Shown in pieces: positions 7,450 through 14,762 of a stretch of DNA of 64,000 nt. Every line of letters starts with the position of its first letter. The first letter of the stretch is position 1. The notes under the pieces were generated by a model that did no database searches, was not told where the DNA came from, and worked only from the letters and a program-made list of their open reading frames with translations. This DNA is from Pseudolysinimonas sp. Its GTDB lineage: Bacteria; Actinomycetota; Actinomycetes; Actinomycetales; Microbacteriaceae. The translations under genes were made by a program, and so were the position numbers. Location: contig JBDSSQ010000042.1 of assembly GCA_039928695.1 (NCBI GenBank), forward strand, positions 1,216 through 65,215. Direction: 5' to 3'.

Positions 7450-8601
7450 TCAGGGCTCTCTCCCAAACAGTTGGGCTTGTAAAGCCCGAAACATCTCATC
7501 GAGTTTGACCAAGTGGCGGTGGTGTTTCTCGCGAACCGTCGAGAGCGCAGTAACTGCGGACGCGAACCGTTCCTGTAAGTCGAGAGGAGGCAAAGGCACT
7601 TGAATGCCGTTCACGACCTCCTGATTGACCTTGTATGTGCCATTCGTCGTTCGAGCACCCGATTCAATCTGTCTCCGAATCTCAGTGCGCTGCCAGACAG
7701 CCTCGAGATAGGCCCCCACTACGCATTCGGCCAAGCGCGCCGCGATGATCGTGTCCGGGAAGGCCACAGCTGGCATGGTTTCTGTAGCCAGCACCCCCAC
7801 TCCTACCATCGACTTGTTCCCGTTCCCTCGGCAGATCAGGAAATCTCCGGCACGGACGGTCTGACGAACATCATGCAGAGCTGCGAAGGTCGACTCTTTG
7901 ACAGCGCTTGCGTCAAACGACCCTCTAGTGATCGCCGAGAGGGTGAGCACCTTCCCCATGTGCTTTCCGGATGCTGAAGGGGAAATCCCATTCCTCAGGG
8001 GCTCGGCGAGAAGGTCTGAAAGGAGCACGGTCGACCACTGTCCGCCCAAGAACGAACTCTCGAACAGGGCGGTTTCGATCGCGTGAATCAGTTCTAGGGC
8101 ATGGCGGCGCTTGGCGCGGGGCTCGTCCGCTCGGTCGAGGGTGGCTGCGATTCGGCGTTGTTCGGGGAGGGGTGGGAGGGGGATCTCGACCTCACGAACG
8201 ATGCCTTCCGACACGGCCGGATAGCTTGCCCCAGTCGCACGTCGCACCAGCTGACTGACGAAATTGGGAGACCTTACGAATTGAAATAAGTAGCGAGAGT
8301 CGAGTAGTTCGGCTTTCGCTCTTAGAACGGAGAAACCCGTCGACGCAATGGCGTCGCCAAGGTGCTCCGGCACGACCGCCACGCCGTTTAAGTTTGGCCG
8401 CACAGTCGACACCAAAATGTCCCCAGCGCGGACTCGCTGACGCGCTCGGCTCGGAGCGTCGGCAACGGCGACATTGCTCGGCGCGACAACCTGCTTGAGT
8501 TCGGAATTTACGGAGGACAAGTCGATGTAAATGAAGGCGGGGCTATCAGGATCAGGACCGGCCTTCGAGACTGGCTGGACCAGGGTGCCGAGAGGCGTCA
8601 C
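7450..8601 (-). CDS. hsdS: Type I R-M specificity subunit (HsdS), two target-recognition domains
   Basis: The conserved spacer motifs ...IPLPPLPEQRRIAATLD... and ...VPLPPLDLQERFASAV... each follow a variable TRD. The GTG start overlaps the hsdM stop (GTGA, 8598-8601). Confidence 0.9.
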   Translation of the reverse strand: MTPLGTLVQPVSKAGPDPDSPAFIYIDLSSVNSELKQVVAPSNVAVADAPSRARQRVRAGDILVSTVRPNLNGVAVVPEHLGDAIASTGFSVLRAKAELLDSRYLFQFVRSPNFVSQLVRRATGASYPAVSEGIVREVEIPLPPLPEQRRIAATLDRADEPRAKRRHALELIHAIETALFESSFLGGQWSTVLLSDLLAEPLRNGISPSASGKHMGKVLTLSAITRGSFDASAVKESTFAALHDVRQTVRAGDFLICRGNGNKSMVGVGVLATETMPAVAFPDTIIAARLAECVVGAYLEAVWQRTEIRRQIESGARTTNGTYKVNQEVVNGIQVPLPPLDLQERFASAVTALSTVREKHHRHLVKLDEMFRALQAQLFGREP

Positions 8602-10106
8602 GGCGCCGCGCTCAACGTCCTGGCCAACGCTGCCGTCGCATCCATGATCTCCTGCTCCAGCACCATCAACTCAGCGAGGATTTCCTCGGGCGGGCGGTGC
8701 TCGACGACCTCGTGCTCGACTTCCTTGTAGCGGTTGAGCGACAGGTCGTAGCCCTGGGCGACGATCTCGTCGTGCGGCACCAGGAACGACTGCGCGGTGC
8801 GCGGGCGCGACAGCTCGGGGCTCTCGGGGCTGGCGAGGGTCTGCCACCGGTCCACGACATCCGGCAGGTCGTTCGCCTCGATCGGGGTTCGCTTGTCGTC
8901 GAGGGTGAAACCGTCGGCCTGCACCTCGTAGAACCAGACGTTGTCGGTGCCGCCCGAGCTGGTCTTCTGGAAGAGCAGGATCGCCGTCGAGACTCCGGTG
9001 TACGGCTTGAAGGTGCCGCTCGGCAGCTTGATCACCGCCTCGAGTTTGTGGTCGTCGACCAGCATCCGGCGCAGCGCTTTGTGCGCGTTGGATGACCCGA
9101 ACAGCACACCGTCGGGCACGATCACCGCGGCGCGTCCGCCGTTCTTGAGCAGTCGGATCATCAGCGCCAGAAACAGCAGCTCGGTCTTCTTCGTCTTCAC
9201 GATCTGCAGCAGGTCTTTGGCCGTCGTTTCGTAGTCGAGGCTGCCGGCGAAGGGCGGATTCGCGAGCACGAGGGTGTAGCCGCCCTCAGCCAGCGCGTGC
9301 TCTTCGGCGAGCGAGTCGCGGCGCTCGATCGTCGGGTTCTCGATGCCGTGCAGCAGCATGTTCATGCTTCCGATCCGGCTCATGGACGCGTCGGAGTCGT
9401 AGCCGGTGAACGCGACCCGGTTGAAGTGGTCGCGGCTGGCAGCATCCCTCCAGATCTCAGGATGGTGGTCGCGCAGGTAATGCGCCGCCTCCATCAAGAA
9501 GCCCGCCGTGCCCGCGGCCGGGTCGATGATCTTGTCACCGGGGGTCGGCGCCGTCATGTCGACCATCAGCTTGATGATGTGCCGCGAGGTGCGGAACTGC
9601 CCGTTCTGCCCCGAGGTCGCCAGCTTGCTCAGCATGTATTCGTAGATGTCGCCCTTGGCGTCGATGTCATCCATGGGGATGTCATTGAGCAGGTCGACCA
9701 CCTTGCTCAGCAGCGCGGGGGTCGGGATGGTGAAGCGCGCGTCTTTCATGTTCGTCGCGAAACTCGACCCCGCCTCGCCCATCCCGCGGATGAACGGGAA
9801 CACGTTCTGGTCGATGACGTCGTACATGTCTTGCGGCGGAAAGTTCTTGAAGTGCGACCAGCGGAGGTCTTGGAAGGGGCGTGGGCGCCGGCCGGAGTCG
9901 TCGGTGCCGTCGGGGAAGACGGGGTTCTCGATCGGGGCCTTGAGCGTGTTCGCCTTGTTCTCGGCGAGGGTGTGCAGCTCGTCGAGACGCTTGATGAACA
10001 GCAGGTAGGTGATCTGCTCGATCACCTCCATCGGGTTGGCGATGCCGCCGCTCCAGAAGGCGTTCCAGACCTTGTCGACCTGGGACTTCAGCTCACCGGT
10101 GACCAT
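8598..10106 (-). CDS. hsdM: Type I R-M N6-adenine DNA methyltransferase (HsdM)
   Basis: It has the HsdM N-terminal domain (VWNAFWSGGIANPMEVIEQITYLLFIKRLDE), the SAM motif IIDPAAGTAGFL and the catalytic motif LANPPFAG. Confidence 0.92.
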   Translation of the reverse strand: MVTGELKSQVDKVWNAFWSGGIANPMEVIEQITYLLFIKRLDELHTLAENKANTLKAPIENPVFPDGTDDSGRRPRPFQDLRWSHFKNFPPQDMYDVIDQNVFPFIRGMGEAGSSFATNMKDARFTIPTPALLSKVVDLLNDIPMDDIDAKGDIYEYMLSKLATSGQNGQFRTSRHIIKLMVDMTAPTPGDKIIDPAAGTAGFLMEAAHYLRDHHPEIWRDAASRDHFNRVAFTGYDSDASMSRIGSMNMLLHGIENPTIERRDSLAEEHALAEGGYTLVLANPPFAGSLDYETTAKDLLQIVKTKKTELLFLALMIRLLKNGGRAAVIVPDGVLFGSSNAHKALRRMLVDDHKLEAVIKLPSGTFKPYTGVSTAILLFQKTSSGGTDNVWFYEVQADGFTLDDKRTPIEANDLPDVVDRWQTLASPESPELSRPRTAQSFLVPHDEIVAQGYDLSLNRYKEVEHEVVEHRPPEEILAELMVLEQEIMDATAALARTLSAAP

Positions 10107-10172
10107 GGGTCGAGTGTTGCAGATTGGCGGAGGTCGATCGCGCTTCGAGCAGACTCAATGGGTTTGGTCGAA

Positions 10173-11390
10173 CTAAACGCGCGCAAGGCGACGCAGGAGC
10201 TTGGAATACTCGGCAATGAAAAAGTCAGCTCCCTTGTAGTCCCCGTAGAACGCCTCTGCGTCCACGCCGTGCTCCAGGTCCAACATGAGATCCTTCCGGA
10301 TCTTCTTCACCACCGATCGGGGCACCTCACGACCGTCACCTGTATTCGTGTAGTAAGCGTCGAGAACCTGGTATCGACGCGCACCCAGGAAGCGTCTACG
10401 TAGCTCGAAGGTCCGCCGAATTCGATACTTCTCGCCACGCAACTTCGTGATTTCGCAGTCCTTCTGAGACCTCTGTCTTAGTTTGCGTTGCAAGTCACGC
10501 CAAGTGACGGACCTCTCTTCGGTGCGAATGAGGTGAGTTCGATCGCGCAGCCAATGCGAGATGACGTCTACCTCCCGATCGGGAACCTGGTCGTAGACAA
10601 AACCGGCGGGCAGCAGATCATGCGCCGCGACTTTGACCATGAAACGGAAGAGTTCTTCCTCGGTCGAGTCGAGCATCAAGTCGTGTCGGTCGAGGAGGAC
10701 CAGTGTGGCGACTAAGGCGGTTCGCTTGTTCCCGTTGTGGAACGGGTGATTGTGCACCACGGAATGGAGCAAGGCAGCAGCCGCCGATTCGATCGTGGGG
10801 TACTTGGCTTCGTCGCCGTAGCTGGTAGAAGACCTGCCGGCGGCGCTCTCAAGAAGGGCCTGGCTCTTAACGCCCGGAGGCGCGATGGGGTCGTCGGTTT
10901 GAAGGAATTCCGACGTCAACGCGATATGGACGGTCAGGATTTCCTTGGCCGTCAGGTGAACGCACTCACGATGAGTCCCGATCGCACGCCAGATAAAGGG
11001 CTCGGCTGCTTTCGGAACGCTCCGCTCCTCGAGTTCCGGGGCCTGCGAGAACTGAACGCTGTCAAGGCTGTAGTGAGCACGAAGCCTCCGAATGGCTCCC
11101 TTCGGTAGCGTGTTCGCCTTTGGATGCAGCGAGAGTTCGTACTCCTTGAGGACTGCCGCGAGCTCGTCTCGGGTGATGTTCAGTTCCGTCAGCCAATAGG
11201 CGATTCGTTTGTGACGGTTGCTAGCAAGGCCCACCGCTCGCTCCGCGATGCCGATGTCGGCTGGCCGGATTCTGGACGACGGCTCGAGCGGATATTCCAC
11301 TCCTTCGGACCACAAGGCGACAAGGATTTGCTCGACATCGAGATCGGCTGCAGTGGCCAAGCTCGCCACTGTCCAAGTCCGTCGTCTCAA
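10173..11390 (-). CDS. Multi-domain Fido protein with a Doc-type motif (HPFHNGNKRTA)
   Basis: The central segment ...ESAAAALLHSVVHNHPFHNGNKRTALVATLVLL... carries the Doc-subfamily HxFx(D/N)(A/G)NKR motif. About 190 aa N-terminal and about 130 aa C-terminal flanks are of unknown family. The gene sits 66 nt upstream of hsdM on the same strand. Confidence 0.75.
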   Translation of the reverse strand: MRRRTWTVASLATAADLDVEQILVALWSEGVEYPLEPSSRIRPADIGIAERAVGLASNRHKRIAYWLTELNITRDELAAVLKEYELSLHPKANTLPKGAIRRLRAHYSLDSVQFSQAPELEERSVPKAAEPFIWRAIGTHRECVHLTAKEILTVHIALTSEFLQTDDPIAPPGVKSQALLESAAGRSSTSYGDEAKYPTIESAAAALLHSVVHNHPFHNGNKRTALVATLVLLDRHDLMLDSTEEELFRFMVKVAAHDLLPAGFVYDQVPDREVDVISHWLRDRTHLIRTEERSVTWRDLQRKLRQRSQKDCEITKLRGEKYRIRRTFELRRRFLGARRYQVLDAYYTNTGDGREVPRSVVKKIRKDLMLDLEHGVDAEAFYGDYKGADFFIAEYSKLLRRLARV

Positions 11391-11473
11391 GATCGTCTCC
11401 GTTCAAGATCTCAAACGTAGCGAAAGCGTCCGATCTTCTGAGCTGCGACGCCGCTCGCACCCCTTGCCGCGAG

Positions 11474-11938
11474 CTACCCCTCCCGCGCAGCCCGCGCCGC
11501 AATGGCGTCCCCCGCGGGACGCCCCGCCACCACCCGCTCGAGCACCGCGATCACGGTCGCGAGTTCGGCATCCGTGCCCACCGCATCCAGCTCGGCGTAC
11601 ATCGCCTCCTCGATCTGGCGCACGGCGGCTTCGCGCTCGCGACCGGCGGCCGTCAGTCGCAGGATGACCTGGCGGCGGTCGCCGCCATCCGGAGTCGCGC
11701 GGTCGACCAGGCCGAGGTGGACCATGCGATCGACGAGGCGGCTCGGGTTGGTTCCGCTCTCGCAGACCAGCAGTTCGCCGAGGCCGGTGAGGGTCAGCGG
11801 CGCGCGGTCTCCGAGCAGACGCAGCACCTCCGACTGGGCGGGCGTCAGGCCGAGCGGACGCAGCGCGGCGGCGAGACTCCTGTTGCCTTCGCGTTGGGCG
11901 GCGAGGGCCAGGTAGCGCAGCTTCTCGGCTCGTCTCAT
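11474..11938 (-). CDS. MarR-family transcriptional regulator
   Basis: MRRAEKLRYLALAAQREGNRSLAAALRPLGLTPAQSEVLRLLGDRAPLTLTGLGELLVCESGTNPSRLVDRMVHLGLVDR...RRQVILRLTAAGRE is a winged-HTH MarR pattern. ATG 11938 overlaps the upstream stop (ATGA). Confidence 0.85.
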   Translation of the reverse strand: MRRAEKLRYLALAAQREGNRSLAAALRPLGLTPAQSEVLRLLGDRAPLTLTGLGELLVCESGTNPSRLVDRMVHLGLVDRATPDGGDRRQVILRLTAAGREREAAVRQIEEAMYAELDAVGTDAELATVIAVLERVVAGRPAGDAIAARAAREG

Positions 11939-12813
11939 GAGCGCTCCTTTGCAGCCACCGCGTCGGCGAGCAACCCAGCCGCGGCCGGGTCGTGCGCGGC
12001 AAGCACGACGAGTCCGGGATGCCGTTCCCACAGGGCCAGCACCGCCCGGGTCGAGGCGAGCAGCCCCTTCTTCTCGCCGACTCCTGGCAGGTGCTCGCCG
12101 GCCAGCAGGTTGACGTCATAGGTCAGGTCGCCGACCAGGAGGAGGGGCGGCATCCCCTCGGCGCGAACCAGCATCGACATCGATCCCGGTGAGTGTCCAG
12201 GAGTCGGCAGCAGCAACAGGCTGCCGTCGCCGCGCAGGTCGAGGGCGTGCGTGAAGGGCGCGATCGCGGCCTGGGTGGCGGCATCCGTCGCTTCGGGGAT
12301 GTCGACCGGTCGATAGTTCACACCGGGCAACCGCACGTGGTCGGCCATCACTCCCTCGAGCAGGGCGCCGCGGCTGTCAACCTCGGCCCAGTCGATCGCG
12401 TTGACCACGATCTCGGCGTTCGGCAATTCGGCGATACCGCCGATGTGGTCCTGGTGCAGGTGTGACAGCACGGCCGTTTTCACGTCGGATGCCCGATAGC
12501 CGAGCGCGGCGAGCTGCGCCGTGAGGGTGTCGCCCGCTCCGATCGCGAAGTGGGCCAGGCGGCGGTAGAAGAAGCCCATGATCCCGGCGGGAAAGTAGTG
12601 CGGATCGGTGACCGAGCGGCGGTCCTGCCCGGTGTCGAAGAGCACCAGCCCATCGCGGTGCTCGATCACGTAGACGTTGATCGGGCGCGGCGCGGTCCAG
12701 CGGCGGGCGGTCAGGAGCCACCAGAACATGGGCGAGCCGGTTCCGCGCACGTGTTGGGGGCGGATCGCGACGTTGCCCGTGCTGAGGATCGCGACCTTCG
12801 TGATGGGGTTCAT
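11935..12813 (-). CDS. MBL-fold metallo-hydrolase (lactonase-like)
   Basis: It has the HxHxDH motif (LSHLHQDHIGG) and a later TPGHSPGS. The start is taken at ATG 12813 (MNPITKVAIL...), downstream of the operator palindrome. Confidence 0.8.
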   Translation of the reverse strand: MNPITKVAILSTGNVAIRPQHVRGTGSPMFWWLLTARRWTAPRPINVYVIEHRDGLVLFDTGQDRRSVTDPHYFPAGIMGFFYRRLAHFAIGAGDTLTAQLAALGYRASDVKTAVLSHLHQDHIGGIAELPNAEIVVNAIDWAEVDSRGALLEGVMADHVRLPGVNYRPVDIPEATDAATQAAIAPFTHALDLRGDGSLLLLPTPGHSPGSMSMLVRAEGMPPLLLVGDLTYDVNLLAGEHLPGVGEKKGLLASTRAVLALWERHPGLVVLAAHDPAAAGLLADAVAAKERS

Positions 12814-12825
12814 GGAGTCCACTAT

Positions 12826-12852
12826 ATGTCGTGTCATTTGATTACACGACAT
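12826..12852. promoter_or_regulatory. 9-bp perfect inverted repeat ATGTCGTGT-N9-ACACGACAT; candidate MarR operator of the MBL-marR operon
   Basis: Read directly. It lies 13-39 nt upstream of ATG 12813, in a locally AT-richer stretch (tatatgtcgtgtcatttgattacacgacatgttta). Confidence 0.55.
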
Positions 12853-12909
12853 GTTTATGGAATCGATCTCGACGAGCAGTTGTGCGCCCGCGTCGACTAG
12901 GTCGCGCGC

Positions 12910-13152
12910 CTAGGGTCGGCTCCCGTTCACCGGCGCATCCGGATAGATGCTGCGGGTTTCGGATCGGCGGTTGGCTCCCTTGAACCAGTCGCCGACGTAG
13001 ATTTTGGGCAAGATCTTCGCGACCGCCAGCGCCACGTAGACGATCGTGTTGATCGCAACGAACGCCGAGAGCACCACGAAGAAGGGTGACTGCAAGAACG
13101 ACTCCGGAATCAGGATTCCGGTCGGAACCAGGTGGGTCAGTCCGCTCGTCAT
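12910..13152 (-). CDS. Small (80-aa) 2-TM membrane protein, translationally coupled to the GT2 synthase
   Basis: MTSGLTHLVPTGILIPESFLQSPFFVVLSAFVAINTIVYVALAVAKILPKIYV... Its ATG overlaps the GT2 stop (ATGA, 13149-13152). The track's extension to 13341 is Arg/His-rich and overlaps the GT2 gene. Confidence 0.6.
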   Translation of the reverse strand: MTSGLTHLVPTGILIPESFLQSPFFVVLSAFVAINTIVYVALAVAKILPKIYVGDWFKGANRRSETRSIYPDAPVNGSRP

Positions 13153-14612
13153 GCCTCGCCCGTTTCGATTGGCACTGGGTTCTCGGGCAGCGGGTTCTCG
13201 AGCAGTGCCTTCTTGGTCTGGCCCCACGCCGCCTTTCTGCCGAAGGTGATGTCGATGTTGCCCTTGATGAGCACGGTGTTGAGGAACATGTCGTACAGCA
13301 GCTCCGGAACGATCAGCACGGCGAGCGCGCGTGCTCGCCATCCGCCTTTCCAGACCGTGAACACCCGCTCAACCACGAAGACCGAACCGATGCCGAGCCA
13401 GAACGGGAACCAGATCCAGGTATCCACCGACACGAACATGAGCAGCATGAGAAGCACGAAGGCGCTGAGCGCGAAGACGCCATAGCCGAGCCCCAGCTGC
13501 TGCGCCCAATAGCGCAATGTCGCCGGCGTCATCCCGTAGGCGCCGATGTTCTCGAGTGCCCCGCGTTGCCAGCGCAGCCGCTGCCGCCACAGCATGCGCA
13601 CGGTGGGCATCACCTCCGTGACGACCGTGCATTGCATCGGAGAAATGAGCAGGGCGCCCAACGACTTCAACGCGATGGTGATCTCGTTGTCTTCGGTCAG
13701 GGCCGCGGTGTCGTAGACGTCGCCCGGCGTCCCGGGAATCATGTCACCACGATTCGCGGCGACCGCGCGCAAGGCGACGGGCCGGAAGATGGATGCCGTG
13801 CCCGTCAACACGAACACCCGGCCCCGGCGGCGCTTCATGTCTCTGGCGTAGCGAATGTACTCATTGCGCTGGAACTGCCCGAGCAGCCCGGCTCCCTCTT
13901 CTCCGTAGAACAGTCCGCCCACCGCCATCAGCGCCCGATCATTCGTGAAGCGGATGACGGCCGCCGCGAGAAAGCCGTCGTCGAGAGTGGTGTCGGCATC
14001 CATCACCATGACGAGGTCGTTGTCGCCCTGCTGCGGAAGAACCGTCACGAGGGCTTGATTCAGGGCACCGGCCTTCTTCTGGGTGTTGCCCTGCGACTCG
14101 ATGACCTCGACGCCGTGCTGCCGAGCGATCGCCACGGTCGCGTCTGTGCAGTTGTCGGCCACGACGATCACCCGGTCGGGTCTGCGCGACTGGGCGAGCA
14201 GCGAGGTGAGCGTGCCCGCCAGCATGCCCTCCTCGTTGTGCGCGGGGACCAGCACCGTCAGGGTCACCGGGCCGGCGAAGACGCCACGCGTTTGCTGCAT
14301 CACGAATCGTGCTGCAAGTGGATAGAGGTGGCGAGCCGTCGACCGGCGCGCCCTATTCGACACCCGACGCTCGAGCAGCGCCAGCCCCGCGGCGAAGAGC
14401 AATCCCACGGCAATCGCCACGAGAATCGCTGGGAGCGGCGGGGCAGTGGTGTTGTAGAACACCGTCCAGATACCCACGACGAAGCCCTCGTTCGGCCGAT
14501 TACCGGAAGTCACTCCGACCGAGGCGACGGCGAACCAGAGCAGGAGGGCTCCGCTCAGAGCCGTCAAGCCGATGACAACACCGACGGCCCGGTCGAACCG
14601 ACCCTTCCCCAT
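13149..14612 (-). CDS. Membrane-embedded processive family-2 glycosyltransferase (PgaC/IcaA/cellulose-synthase-like)
   Basis: N-terminal TMs are followed by VLVPAHNEE...VVADNCTD...MDADT...LTEDNE...RQRLRWQRGALEN (the D, DxD, TED and QxxRW signatures) and by C-terminal TMs. Confidence 0.85.
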   Translation of the reverse strand: MGKGRFDRAVGVVIGLTALSGALLLWFAVASVGVTSGNRPNEGFVVGIWTVFYNTTAPPLPAILVAIAVGLLFAAGLALLERRVSNRARRSTARHLYPLAARFVMQQTRGVFAGPVTLTVLVPAHNEEGMLAGTLTSLLAQSRRPDRVIVVADNCTDATVAIARQHGVEVIESQGNTQKKAGALNQALVTVLPQQGDNDLVMVMDADTTLDDGFLAAAVIRFTNDRALMAVGGLFYGEEGAGLLGQFQRNEYIRYARDMKRRRGRVFVLTGTASIFRPVALRAVAANRGDMIPGTPGDVYDTAALTEDNEITIALKSLGALLISPMQCTVVTEVMPTVRMLWRQRLRWQRGALENIGAYGMTPATLRYWAQQLGLGYGVFALSAFVLLMLLMFVSVDTWIWFPFWLGIGSVFVVERVFTVWKGGWRARALAVLIVPELLYDMFLNTVLIKGNIDITFGRKAAWGQTKKALLENPLPENPVPIETGEA

Positions 14613-14762
14613 TTGCCGATGATAGCAGCGCGGATTTTAGCTTCACCTGTGCGGTCTCGCAAGCCGGCGCCACGGCGGTGGTAAGCGGCACCGCTTGCTT
14701 ATCGCAACGCGCCGTCCCACTATGGGGAGCGTGATACGACCACAGGCGGCTTCAGGTCAGAG

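Noticed and set aside
13086-14684. 532-aa plus-strand ORF antisense to the GT2 synthase.
   Set aside because: It is low-complexity and rich in Arg, His, Glu and Gly, with no motifs. The minus strand encodes a complete GT2 with D/DxD/TED/QxxRW.
14613-14762. Possible c-di-GMP riboswitch (GEMM) in the leader of the GT2 synthase or of the PAS-GGDEF-EAL gene.
   Set aside because: I looked for the conserved GEMM-I/II cores (e.g. ACGCAAAGC / GGCAAACC-type boxes with a tetraloop-receptor arrangement). I found only a short AAGCGG-ca-CCGCTT hairpin. An Infernal/Rfam scan would be decisive.
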